Below are positions 1-9,186 of a DNA stretch of 64,000 nt, in pieces; the first letter of the stretch is position 1, and each line of letters opens with the position of its first letter. Under the pieces are notes generated by a model that was given only the letters and a program-made list of their open reading frames with translations, was not told the origin of the DNA and searched no databases. Source of the stretch: Thermodesulfobacteriota bacterium (lineage in GTDB: Bacteria > Desulfobacterota_D > UBA1144 > Nemesobacterales > Mycalebacteriaceae); contig OZ242184.1 in assembly GCA_965205855.1 (NCBI GenBank), positions 352,001 to 416,000 of the forward strand, written 5' to 3'. A program made the translations under genes and the position numbers.

Positions 1-178
1 GATAGGGAACGGACGGAGAAAAAGACAGGGCTTCACCCATTATTTTCCAGAACAGGTTTTGCGGATGCGCGTAATACTCTCCCGCTTCAAGGGATTTTAC
101 TCCCGGCATTGAGCCCAGTATGAGAATTGTGGGGTTTTCCGGCAGAATCGGCGGGAAACTTTCCGCAACTTTTTTCAT
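1..178 (-). CDS. DNA-deoxyinosine glycosylase / uracil-DNA glycosylase superfamily protein (5' part; runs off the window start)
   Basis: Not in the ORF track. Manual translation from ATG at 178 gives MKKVAESFPPILPENPTILILGSMPGVKSLEAGEYYAHPQNLFWKIMG, with the LILGSMPG...YYAHPxNxFW motif of this family. Confidence 0.8.
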   Translation of the reverse strand, partial: MKKVAESFPPILPENPTILILGSMPGVKSLEAGEYYAHPQNLFWKIMGEALSFSPSVPY

Positions 179-406
179 CTTGTATTTGCCTTTGCCGCCG
201 CTCCTTCCTTTGAGCCGGAGAGCGCTCCGGTATTGTAGCGTTTCGCTGAAAAGCCGCAAGGTCGGAAGTTTCAAAAGCATTTCACCCGCCTTGTATCAAA
301 TGGCGTATTAAAAAGGTATTTGAAATGAAGATAATGTATGATAAATGTATAATTTAAACTAAGAGGAGAATATGGACGAAATTCCTATTCAGTTCTGTGT
401 AAAAAG

Positions 407-2869
407 GTGTCCGATAAGAAAACATCACTGATGGCGGCTTTTGCGCTTTGCTTTGTCTTGCTATCTTGTAGCCAAGGTGGAAGTTCTCCCCAGCCTGTTT
501 CTCCTCCTCCCGTTGTTTCTCCTCCTGTTTCTCCCCCTCCCGGTCAATCCACCACCGTTGTTCCCCAGCCTCCTCCCACTGTTCCCGGTCCGACTAATCC
601 GGACCCAGAACCTCAACTGCCTTCACTGGTGGAATCTCCGCCTCAAGGGTTAACAGACGGGGAAATTGATGATTTTTATCACGACACATATCTGGGACTC
701 TCCGGGTCGGCAGTAGAACTTCGTATTGTTAACCTGCCCGGAGCATATCGAAACATTTACAAAGCGCGCGGCGAGAGTGAGGCGGCACGTCCGGGCAAAG
801 GGGTTACAATAGGTTTTGTTGACAGCGGTCTTGATACGGAACATCCGTCGTTCAGGGAGGATGATGGCAAGGCTGTGGAAGTTGAGTATTTTGGCACATC
901 GAAGGATGCGGATATAGGCAACCTAGTCTCCTCCCACGGAACGGCTGTCGCCAGTATTGCCGCCGGAGCGAGGAGTTGGTGTCTCAACGACGTGACTAAC
1001 TGTACGCTAAACAATGAAGGAGGGCTTTCCCTCGAAGGTATTGCTCCGGGAGCCAATATCTTTATGTTTGCGTTTAATGTTGATAGTCCAAATTGGGTTC
1101 ACAATGCCGGGCGTGCTATTGCGGCGGCTTTTGAAAGAAATGTTGATATATTGAATTTAAGTTTCAGCGAGGCGGAAGGCATTGTTACCGATGCACGCTT
1201 TACAGGGAATACGGATCAGTTTTTAGGGCTGGTGGGCCGGCAAACAGACAGAGAGGAAAAAACAATTTTTGTATGGTCCGCCGGAAATCTCAATGGAAGT
1301 GTATGCACTTCCCCTGCGATTTCGAGCAGTTGCGTAGACGGGCGTATTCGTGCAACGTCGCCTAATGTTCTAGCCGGGTTGCCTTATCACGTGCCCGAAC
1401 TGAAACCTTTCTGGGTTGCCGTTGTTTCCACAGACCTGAATCCGGGAGAGATTTCCAGTTTTTCCAACAGGTGTGGAGTTGCCAAAGAATGGTGCATAGC
1501 GGCTCCGGGAGAAAGGATAGGAGTTGCCGTCACTTCCATGGAAGGAGAGAGAAGGATCAGCTCAATCGGACTCAGGAACGGCACATCTTTCTCCGCCCCC
1601 ATAGTCTCCGGCGGACTTGCCTTGATGAAACAGGTTTTCCGGGGTCAGATAAGCAATGTTGAATTGGTTCAAAGAATGTTTGCCACTGCCAACAAAGACG
1701 GAATATACTTTGACACAGAAATATACGGGCAGGGGCTTTTAGACCTCGAAAAAGCAACCAATCCAGTAGGGACGGCGGGTTTTGCGTCCGTCGGAACGCA
1801 GTTTCTGGACGCCGAGGGGACATTGTTTTCCCCTCTTTATGCCGCGCAAATGGAAACGTCACAAGCGTTTGGAGACGGGCTTGAAAAATTTCTTGCGCAA
1901 CAGGAAGTCGCGGCTTTTGACAGTCTCGGAGCCCCGTTCTGGTATCCGCTTGAGAAGTTTTTCAGCAGAGAGGAAGTCCCGTTTCTTCAAAGGCAACTAA
2001 GCGATTTTATTGATTTTACGGCATCAGGTAAATCAAGAGCCGGCCCCCCACTCCCGCGGGGTTCAAGGGTGTCCGCGCCGCTTTTCCGGGGCAAAGTCGC
2101 AAAGGGTCTGGAAGAGGAGCAAATGCCTGAGATTTACATTTCAACGACGCGGAGCGGGATTGAAGACCCGAACCGTCTTGGTAAATCGGGACATCTGTCT
2201 TTTATTGACAACCCTCTGTTTGCAGGGGTGGATTCCGGCAACTTTGACGTTTTCGCTTTCACTTCCGGGGAAAGGGTGGAAAGGCACGGTCGCGGAGTGG
2301 TCGCTTCATTCCGTCTGCCAAACCTGCCTCTGGGTTTTCGCTCCGGCTACATCTCGGAGTCAAGGTCTGCGCTTGGGGCAACTGCGGAAGGCTTGTTTGG
2401 CGGATTTTCTGCGCAAACCGTTTTCGCAAGCATCGGCTGGGAATACGGATTTGGCGGCTGGCGGCTTGTCGCTGAAGCGGAGGCGGGAGCCGTTTATCCC
2501 GAAGCGGAAACGGGATTTGTCGGTGGCTTGTCGCAGCTTTCGACAAGTTCATTCTCCGCCGGGTTGATACGTGAATTTCCCGACGGCTTGACCATGAAGT
2601 TTTCAGTTTCTTCGCCGCTCAGGGTTGAAAGTGGACACATGGAGTTTGTAATTCCCGTTGGAAGAACGCTGAAAGGGGAGATACTGAGAGACAAGGCAAC
2701 CGCGAACCTTGAACCGTCCGGAAGGCAGGTGGACATCGGGGCGCAAGTGGTGGTGCAAACCTTGCTTGGAAGGGTGAGTTTGGGTGGAGTGGTAAGCCAT
2801 GAACCCGGACACGATAAGGACGCGGAAGTTTCCCTATCTTTTCTGGCCGGTTACAGCGCGAATTTTTAA
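407..2869 (+). CDS. S8 (subtilisin-like) serine peptidase; probable lipoprotein with Pro-rich linker and C-terminal beta-rich, autotransporter-like domain
   Basis: Triad motifs FVDSG, SHGTAVA and NGTSFSAP; oxyanion WSAGN; lipobox-like LLSC; terminal Phe. Start is uncertain (GTG 407 or ATG 431). Confidence 0.88.
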   Translation: MSDKKTSLMAAFALCFVLLSCSQGGSSPQPVSPPPVVSPPVSPPPGQSTTVVPQPPPTVPGPTNPDPEPQLPSLVESPPQGLTDGEIDDFYHDTYLGLSGSAVELRIVNLPGAYRNIYKARGESEAARPGKGVTIGFVDSGLDTEHPSFREDDGKAVEVEYFGTSKDADIGNLVSSHGTAVASIAAGARSWCLNDVTNCTLNNEGGLSLEGIAPGANIFMFAFNVDSPNWVHNAGRAIAAAFERNVDILNLSFSEAEGIVTDARFTGNTDQFLGLVGRQTDREEKTIFVWSAGNLNGSVCTSPAISSSCVDGRIRATSPNVLAGLPYHVPELKPFWVAVVSTDLNPGEISSFSNRCGVAKEWCIAAPGERIGVAVTSMEGERRISSIGLRNGTSFSAPIVSGGLALMKQVFRGQISNVELVQRMFATANKDGIYFDTEIYGQGLLDLEKATNPVGTAGFASVGTQFLDAEGTLFSPLYAAQMETSQAFGDGLEKFLAQQEVAAFDSLGAPFWYPLEKFFSREEVPFLQRQLSDFIDFTASGKSRAGPPLPRGSRVSAPLFRGKVAKGLEEEQMPEIYISTTRSGIEDPNRLGKSGHLSFIDNPLFAGVDSGNFDVFAFTSGERVERHGRGVVASFRLPNLPLGFRSGYISESRSALGATAEGLFGGFSAQTVFASIGWEYGFGGWRLVAEAEAGAVYPEAETGFVGGLSQLSTSSFSAGLIREFPDGLTMKFSVSSPLRVESGHMEFVIPVGRTLKGEILRDKATANLEPSGRQVDIGAQVVVQTLLGRVSLGGVVSHEPGHDKDAEVSLSFLAGYSANF
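488..615 (+). repeat. Low-complexity proline-rich linker (PVSPPP/PVVSPP-type imperfect repeats)
   Basis: Repeated cctcct/gtttct units encode PQPVSPPPVVSPPVSPPPGQSTTVVPQPPPTVPGPTNPDPEP. Confidence 0.7.
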
Positions 2870-2909
2870 GCCATCCGCACAACTCCGTGCAAAGCAGAGT
2901 GTGGAAACG

Positions 2910-4112
2910 CTACCGTCGTTGCGCTTTGAGCCGTAGCGCGTTGAGTTTAATAAACCCGCCAGCGTCCGCCTGATTGTAGAGGTCATCTTTCTCAAAAGTC
3001 GCAAGTGCGGGATTGTAAAGGGATTTTCCCGCTTTTCTTCCTACAACCGAAACCACGCCTTTGTAAAGTTTCATCCGAGCCGTGCCGGTTACATTTTTCT
3101 GAGATTCTTCAACAGTTTTCATAAGCGTTTCCATCTCCGGCGAATACCAGAAACCGTAGTAGATTATCTCGGAGATTTTGGTCATGAGGAAATCCTTGAG
3201 CCTCATGACCTCACGGTCAACCGTTATGGATTCCACCGCCCTGTGCGCCGGATGAAGAACCGTTCCCGCGGGAGTCTCGTAAACGCCGCGCGATTTCATC
3301 CCGACAAAACGGTTTTCAACAATATCGGCGCGGCCGATTCCGTGCCCGCCCGCGATTTTGTTCAACCGGAGTATCAGATTCGCAGGCGACAGTTTTTTGC
3401 CGTTCACGCTCACGGGCGCGCCTTTTACGAAACCTATCTCAACGTATTCGGGTTTGTCCGGTGCCTTTTCGGGCGAAACCGTCATCTCAAACATCGCCTC
3501 GTCCGGTTCGTTCCACGGGTCTTCAAGAACGCCGCCTTCATAACTTGTGTGAAACAGATTTCTGTCGCAACTGTAAGGTTTTTTCGGTGTTACGGGGATT
3601 TTAATTCCGTGTTTGCGGGCAAAACCCAACAGGTCTGTGCGGGACTTCAAATCCCATTCGCGCCACGGGGAAATGATTTGCAACTTCGGAGTGAATGCAT
3701 GATAAACAAGTTCAAAGCGCACTTGATCGTTTCCCTTTCCGGTCGCCCCGTGCGAGAGGGCGAACGCTTTTTCTTTCAGGGCAACCTCCGCCTGAGCGCG
3801 GGCAATCAGCGGACGGGCGAGAGAAGTTCCGAGTAGATACGAGCCCTCGTAAATCGCTCCCGCCTTTATTGCCGGAAAAACAAAGTCGCGCGCAAATTCC
3901 TCTTTGAGGTTTGCGACGCAGACCTTTTGAGCTCCCGTTTCGAGCGCTTTTTTGCGCGCCGCCGCTATGTCTTCATCCTGACCTACATCCGCGATAAACG
4001 CTATCACTTCGGCGTCGTATTCGGCCGTAAGCCATTTGAGTATGATGGAGGTATCAAGCCCGCCGGAATAAGCAAGAACAATTTTTTTCCGTGATTTTTT
4101 CGATTTTTTCAT
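2910..4112 (-). CDS. argG: Argininosuccinate synthase
   Basis: VLAYSGGLDTS, HGATGKGNDQVRFE and GMKSRGVYETP motifs. Confidence 0.98.
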   Translation of the reverse strand: MKKSKKSRKKIVLAYSGGLDTSIILKWLTAEYDAEVIAFIADVGQDEDIAAARKKALETGAQKVCVANLKEEFARDFVFPAIKAGAIYEGSYLLGTSLARPLIARAQAEVALKEKAFALSHGATGKGNDQVRFELVYHAFTPKLQIISPWREWDLKSRTDLLGFARKHGIKIPVTPKKPYSCDRNLFHTSYEGGVLEDPWNEPDEAMFEMTVSPEKAPDKPEYVEIGFVKGAPVSVNGKKLSPANLILRLNKIAGGHGIGRADIVENRFVGMKSRGVYETPAGTVLHPAHRAVESITVDREVMRLKDFLMTKISEIIYYGFWYSPEMETLMKTVEESQKNVTGTARMKLYKGVVSVVGRKAGKSLYNPALATFEKDDLYNQADAGGFIKLNALRLKAQRR

Positions 4113-4118
4113 TGGCTC

Positions 4119-4535
4119 TCAGGAGGTTCCGGTTTGTCCCCGGAGGTCGAGAAGATAGAACTTTGCGCCGCTGTTTTCGTAGAATTTTTCAAGTGACATT
4201 CCCACATACTCTATCCTCTGCAACTCATTGCCTTCATAACGGGCTTTTTTAACCTCATCCGATATTGTCGCTTTAACCTCAATCTGTTTGTCCGGAACCT
4301 GCTGGCAGATAAAGCCCAGTGTAAGCGCCGTTTCCTTGAAATCCGCGGACACTATAAAACCGACCGAAAAAGTCGCGTTGGCAAGCTCAATGACGATAAT
4401 GATAACGGGAGGGGTTGAGCCAGAAGGGTTTTCCGCCACGAACTTATAGCCGTAAACCTGAATATCGTTCACAGAACCCATTATTGAATTAAGGTTCCAA
4501 TAGTCTTCGTTTTCAATCATACAAATTGTGAGCAT
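4119..4535 (-). CDS. Hypothetical protein (up to 138 aa; start may be the later Met of MIENEDYW)
   Basis: Fills the gap between the RluA-family gene and argG on the same strand; globular-looking composition; no motif recognised. Confidence 0.65.
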   Translation of the reverse strand: MLTICMIENEDYWNLNSIMGSVNDIQVYGYKFVAENPSGSTPPVIIIVIELANATFSVGFIVSADFKETALTLGFICQQVPDKQIEVKATISDEVKKARYEGNELQRIEYVGMSLEKFYENSGAKFYLLDLRGQTGTS

Positions 4536-4614
4536 TATAATTTTCTCCCGCGGCTTTGCCGCCCCATCACAGGGTGTTTACACTACCAGAAAGCAGTCTC
4601 TTTTTGAAGCTGCA

Positions 4615-5559
4615 CTATTTCCGCAGGAAAGCGACCGCGGTTGCCATGTCTTCGGGAAGCGGAGCCGAAAAAACCGCATCTTCTCCCGAACCGGGGTGAA
4701 TGAAAGTTATGCGCGCCGCGTGCAGCGCCTGCCTTTTCAGAATTTTTGCCAGTCCGCCGGAGGAGAGCGCGATTTTCGCGGTTTTTCCGGAGTAAATCGC
4801 GTCTGCGGCCACGGGATGACCGGCTTCGGAGAAATGCACCCTTATCTGATGTGTTCTGCCGGTTTTCGGAGTTATCTTCACAAAAGTCCAGTCTGGAAAT
4901 TTCTCAACGGTTTCCCACTCCGTTACGGAGTCGCGCGTTTTTACCGCGTTTTTACCGGACATCTTTTTCCTGTTCGCGGGGCTTCTTCCTATTGCCGTGG
5001 AGAAAACGCCCGAGTTTTTCCTTGTCGCCCCGTGGACAAGTGCGAGATATTCCTTCCGCACCGAGCGCGCGGAGAATTGAGACGCGAGAGAAGCGTGGCA
5101 AATATCATTTTTTGCCGCGACTATAACGCCCGATGTGTCTTTGTCCAAACGGTGAACAATTCCCGGTCTGATGTCTCCCCCAATGGATGAGAGGCGGGCG
5201 CATCTGTGCGCGAGCGCATTTGCGAGAGTACCGTTTTTTCTCCCGGCTCCGGGATGAACCACCATACCCGCGGGTTTGTTCACAACTATCAGGTCTTCGT
5301 CCTCAAAGACAACCTCAAGCGGGATGTTTTCGGGCTCGGCGGAATGTTCCGATTCAAAGAAACTGAACTCAATCTTTTCGCCTCCCTCCAGTATAGTAGA
5401 CGGCTTGAACTGTTTTCCGTCCATAAGGATGTTGCCCGATTTGATAAGAGCGGCTATGCGTGAGCGGCTTTGCGGGGAGATGTCGGAAAGGACGGAGTCC
5501 GCTCTCCTTCCGGTGCATTCGCGCGGCACGGTCAGGGTTCTTGTTTCACTCTCCGGCAC
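4615..5559 (-). CDS. rluD: RluA-family 23S rRNA pseudouridine synthase (RluD-like, with S4 domain)
   Basis: NKPAGMVVHP, HRLDKDTSG, TGRTHQIRVH and RQALHA motifs. Confidence 0.9.
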   Translation of the reverse strand: MPESETRTLTVPRECTGRRADSVLSDISPQSRSRIAALIKSGNILMDGKQFKPSTILEGGEKIEFSFFESEHSAEPENIPLEVVFEDEDLIVVNKPAGMVVHPGAGRKNGTLANALAHRCARLSSIGGDIRPGIVHRLDKDTSGVIVAAKNDICHASLASQFSARSVRKEYLALVHGATRKNSGVFSTAIGRSPANRKKMSGKNAVKTRDSVTEWETVEKFPDWTFVKITPKTGRTHQIRVHFSEAGHPVAADAIYSGKTAKIALSSGGLAKILKRQALHAARITFIHPGSGEDAVFSAPLPEDMATAVAFLRK

Positions 5560-6364
5560 TTGGTTTTCCTTTTCTTACGGTGATCTTTGTTCCCTCGCCT
5601 CCGAAACGCTCAAACGCACTTCCCCGATTGACCGCTATTTCAATAAATCCCGAACTTCCCCTGACCGCGACCGCTTTTCCGGGTTTGTGTTCCGAATAAC
5701 CGCCCGATATGCCGTCTATTGTGAAGCCGGAAATCTCGATTTGAGCCGGATTTTCCATCCCGTCCGATTCAATGTTTGAGATGAGGTTTCCAAATGAGTC
5801 CACATACGCGACAATTCCTTCCGCTGATTTTCCGCTTAAATACACGGGCTTTTGAATGTTAATTAAAAAGGGGTTCTCAAGAACCGGCCCCAGCATCCGG
5901 GGATTTAATCCGAGCGAAATATGAGCGGCCGCCGGAGCAAAGATGTCTCTTCCGTCAAAAGTGGAACCGACGGGTTTGAGCGTGTATTTGGGGTTTTTTA
6001 TCTCATAAGCCACAAAACGCGGAAAATCCTTGAAAACATGAGTGAATATACCGTTGTCGGGACCCACAAAAAAACTTCCGCCCGCACTTACGGCAAGAGG
6101 TTTTCTGTCGGTTCCGACTCCGGGGTCAACAACGGCGAGATGGACAGAATGTTCCGGAAAAAACCCGTATGAGTTTTTTATCACAAACGCCGCGCGAGCA
6201 GTGTTGAAAGGTCTCAAATTGTGTGTCAGGTCAACCAGATTGATGTCGGGGTTAATTGAAAAAATCACGCCCTTCATTACTCCCGGAAAATGGTCGTTAA
6301 GGCCGAAATCGGAGCACATTGTTATTATTCCGGACATTGATTGAAAGGAGCGCGGATTTTGCAC
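5546..6364 (-). CDS. SAM-dependent chlorinase/fluorinase/SAM-hydrolase (DUF62) family protein
   Basis: SDFG, VVDPGVGTDR, GPDNG, TFxGRDIFAP, VDSFGNL and EIAVNRGSA motifs. Confidence 0.92.
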   Translation of the reverse strand: MQNPRSFQSMSGIITMCSDFGLNDHFPGVMKGVIFSINPDINLVDLTHNLRPFNTARAAFVIKNSYGFFPEHSVHLAVVDPGVGTDRKPLAVSAGGSFFVGPDNGIFTHVFKDFPRFVAYEIKNPKYTLKPVGSTFDGRDIFAPAAAHISLGLNPRMLGPVLENPFLINIQKPVYLSGKSAEGIVAYVDSFGNLISNIESDGMENPAQIEISGFTIDGISGGYSEHKPGKAVAVRGSSGFIEIAVNRGSAFERFGGEGTKITVRKGKPSAGE

Positions 6365-6367
6365 CGT

Positions 6368-6988
6368 TTATGAACATGGGGGAGATTCTCTGCTTGCGGA
6401 AAAAGACCCTGCCGTTCCCCTGTTGGTTTCGTAGTCTATTGTCTCACACCTTATCACTCCGTCTTCGTAAACGGCAAAGTCTTTTTTGCCTGAAACTCCA
6501 ACACTTATGGGAGATGCCTGCCAGCCGAAACCCGTAACATACAGGCCGCCCGAGCTCTCGGAGCCGCCGCTGTCAAAATCCGCCCTGATACAGTATCCGG
6601 ATTTGGGTTTTTCGCATTGTGCAAGGGTTGATGAGCCGGAATCCGCACCTTCAAACGATTCGTCCACAAGCGCATCAAAGGATTCGCAGGACTCTCCCGA
6701 ACTTTTGGGACAACGTAGCGAGGGACCGGTTGAAAGGTTCCCTATTTTGTCAACATAGTTCTGAATGCCGTCTCCGTTGGTGTCCTGAATTGCAAACTGC
6801 AATTCCGCGGAACCCAGTACCTGAAGCATTTTTTTCGCGCTAATCTCATTTGCCGAGCCTCTTGCGCTCAGAAAATTTGGAACCGCCAAACCAGCAAGAA
6901 CGCCTATGATGATTAGAACAACAAGGAGCTCGACAAGGGTAAACCCCGAATGGAGGTTTGCTTTATTATTTTCAAATATCTTTTTCAC
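6368..6988 (-). CDS. Prepilin-type N-terminal cleavage/methylation protein (type IV pilin or pseudopilin)
   Basis: GFTLVELLVVLIIIGVLAGLAVP class III signal peptide; six Cys in the globular part. Confidence 0.9.
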   Translation of the reverse strand: MKKIFENNKANLHSGFTLVELLVVLIIIGVLAGLAVPNFLSARGSANEISAKKMLQVLGSAELQFAIQDTNGDGIQNYVDKIGNLSTGPSLRCPKSSGESCESFDALVDESFEGADSGSSTLAQCEKPKSGYCIRADFDSGGSESSGGLYVTGFGWQASPISVGVSGKKDFAVYEDGVIRCETIDYETNRGTAGSFSASRESPPCS

Positions 6989-7034
6989 TCCAGCTCACAG
7001 AGATACTACAACATAATAAAATGCGCGGCAATTT

Positions 7035-7823
7035 TCAGGACGCGTCTCCCGAAACAATTTTTACAAGAGAACCGTCGGCGGTTTCAATGTGAAGAAATCC
7101 GTTTTCGTCCACTTTTCTCGCTATTCCCTCAATTTCCGTTCCGTTGTTGTCTATTTTCATGCTCCGGTTCAGGTTTCCCCACTCCACCGCCCACCGGGCA
7201 ACCGTCCATTTCGGGCCCTTTGAGTTGAAATCGCCCTGCTGCCTGAAAAGATTTGCGATAAGCACGGAGGAAATATCCGCCCTGTCAACTCTGTGTCCGA
7301 GGACATCGGACACGGAAGTTACGCTCCCGGAAAAATCTTCCATGAGTTTTTGAATTTCACTTCGGGATATGTTGATGTTAACCCCGATTCCTATAACCAC
7401 GAAATCGCAGAATTCTCTGCCGGGCTCGGATTCGGAGAGAACACCTGCGATTTTTTTCCCGTCTACCAGTATGTCGTTTGGCCATTTGATTTCCGGTTTG
7501 ACGCCAAAAGTTTTGAAAGTTTCGCAAAGCGCAAGCGATGCCATTAAAGTTGAAGCCGGGCAAAGGGAAACCGGCACCCGCGGACGGAAAAGAATTGACA
7601 TAAAAAGATTACCGCCGCGCGGAGAGATCCAGCGCCTTCCCAGTCTTCCGCGTCCGTGGGTCTGGATGTCCGCCATGACGATTGTCCCGTCGCGTGCACC
7701 GTTTCGTCCCATATCGTACAAAGCCGTGTTTGTGGAAACCGTTTCATCAAAGAAATGAACGTCTCCCTTGTAGGACGACACAGCCGAATCGATTTTTAAT
7801 TTTTCGCTTTTTGAAAATCCCAT
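7035..7823 (-). CDS. birA: Biotin--[acetyl-CoA-carboxylase] ligase (no HTH domain)
   Basis: STN, QTHGRGRLGRRW and IKWPNDILVDGKKIAGVL motifs. Confidence 0.95.
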   Translation of the reverse strand: MGFSKSEKLKIDSAVSSYKGDVHFFDETVSTNTALYDMGRNGARDGTIVMADIQTHGRGRLGRRWISPRGGNLFMSILFRPRVPVSLCPASTLMASLALCETFKTFGVKPEIKWPNDILVDGKKIAGVLSESEPGREFCDFVVIGIGVNINISRSEIQKLMEDFSGSVTSVSDVLGHRVDRADISSVLIANLFRQQGDFNSKGPKWTVARWAVEWGNLNRSMKIDNNGTEIEGIARKVDENGFLHIETADGSLVKIVSGDAS

Positions 7824-7890
7824 TTCAAATTTCCGTTACGACGGGAAGTATGCTTTAAAAAGCGTGCCGAACGCAAGCGGATTAAGCAGA

Positions 7891-7918
7891 TTGACAAAGC
7901 ACCGCTTTACTCTATAAT
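7891..7918 (+). promoter_or_regulatory. Consensus sigma70 promoter upstream of the tRNA
   Basis: TTGACA (7891-7896), 16-nt spacer, TATAAT (7913-7918), about 28 nt before the tRNA. Confidence 0.85.
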
Positions 7919-7946
7919 ACGGTGCTGACTACCGGAGGCTCGGCTC

Positions 7947-8020
7947 GGGCCCATAGCTCAGTTGGTCAGAGCAGCGGACTCATAATCCGTTGGTCCCAGG
8001 TTCGAGTCCTGGTGGGCCCA
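7947..8020 (+). tRNA. tRNA with CAT anticodon, most likely tRNA-Ile2 (lysidine-modified); CCA not encoded
   Basis: Acceptor GGGCCCA/TGGGCCC with discriminator A; D arm TAGCTCAGTTGGTCAGAGC; anticodon arm GCGGA-CTCATAA-TCCGT; T loop GGTTCGAGTCC. Lacks initiator features. Ile2 versus elongator Met is inferred. Confidence 0.93.
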
Positions 8021-8040
8021 AACTTGATGGAAATAACCTG

Positions 8041-8772
8041 ATGCAGGAAACTGAAAGCGTAGAAAACAGCGTCCAAAAGCAAATAGACACTCTCAAAGAA
8101 CTTCAGTCGGTTGATATAGAACTTAGGGAAATAGAAAGGGGTTTACAGAAATATCCCGGAGAAGTTTCTGTTTTCAAAGATGAAATTCAGACCGTTAAGG
8201 AGTCTCTTACGGAAAGGAAACTCCGGATAGAGGAATCCGACAAGTCAAAATCTCTTCTGGAGAGAAAACTGTCCGAAAAGAAAGACTACGTTGAGAAAAC
8301 CGAAGAGCGTCTTCTCAGGATAAAAACCCACAAAGAATACGAAGCTTTGCAAAAAGAACTGACCGATGCGAAAAGGGACTGCATTGAGATTGAAGACAAC
8401 ATTCTGAAAGTGATGGAAGGGTTTGAGAAATTGAATTCGGAGTCCGAGGAACTGGCCAATTCTCTAAAGGAAAAAGAAGAAAAATACGGGCCAAAAATCA
8501 GCGAGTTTGAGAATATTATCAAAGAGCTTGAGATCAAACATGCCCCGCGCCGCAAGGAAAAAGACTCAATCGCCGGGCTACTCAACCCCGAAGTGCTCCC
8601 TCTCTACACGAAAATATCAGCAAGAACTCCTATTTTCCTTTCCCTAGCGCGCGCGGAGATGTGCACAAACTGCAATATGAATATCCCACCCCAGATGTTC
8701 AACGAAGTTCTGACCAAAACCAAGATAATCCAGTGTCCGAGTTGTAACAGAATTCTGTATTGTGAAGACTGA
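8041..8772 (+). CDS. Coiled-coil protein with C-terminal C4 zinc ribbon (DUF164/CT398-like)
   Basis: LKELQSVD start, long coiled coil, CTNCNMNIPPQ...QCPSCNRILY. ATG 8041 is preferred because the longer ORF overlaps the tRNA. Confidence 0.9.
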   Translation: MQETESVENSVQKQIDTLKELQSVDIELREIERGLQKYPGEVSVFKDEIQTVKESLTERKLRIEESDKSKSLLERKLSEKKDYVEKTEERLLRIKTHKEYEALQKELTDAKRDCIEIEDNILKVMEGFEKLNSESEELANSLKEKEEKYGPKISEFENIIKELEIKHAPRRKEKDSIAGLLNPEVLPLYTKISARTPIFLSLARAEMCTNCNMNIPPQMFNEVLTKTKIIQCPSCNRILYCED

Positions 8773-9181
8773 AAACGAGAGTTTTGCCGTTGCCCACATA
8801 GACGGAGCTTCGAAGGGCAATCCAGGAAAGTCCTCCATAGGTGTTGTAATCACAAGCGCTGAGGGCAGGACAATTACAAGAATCAAGAAATTTATCGGAA
8901 CTGCGACAAACAACCAGGCAGAATACAGAGCGTTCATAACCGCATTGCAAGCCGCAGCCAAATTTGGCTTGACCCGTCTGCATGTCAATACCGATTCGCT
9001 TCTGCTTGCGAATCAAATAAACGGCAAGTGGAAGGTCAGGCATCCCGAAATCCTCTCGCTTTTCAAAGAGGCGAAAGAAGCCAAGAAACTCCTTGAAGAG
9101 GTTTCTGTTTCCCATATTGGCAGAGAGCAAAACACCATCGCCGACGGTCTTGCAAACGAAGCCATAATGAACTACGCTTGA
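8762..9181 (+). CDS. rnhA: Ribonuclease HI family protein
   Basis: HIDGASKGNPG, TNNQAEY, DSLL and REQNTIADGLAN motifs. Confidence 0.92.
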   Translation: MKTENESFAVAHIDGASKGNPGKSSIGVVITSAEGRTITRIKKFIGTATNNQAEYRAFITALQAAAKFGLTRLHVNTDSLLLANQINGKWKVRHPEILSLFKEAKEAKKLLEEVSVSHIGREQNTIADGLANEAIMNYA

Positions 9182-9186
9182 ATTTT

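Noticed and set aside
7947-8020. tRNA as an island integration site
   Set aside because: I saw no duplicated 3' end elsewhere in the window, and the flanking genes are core.
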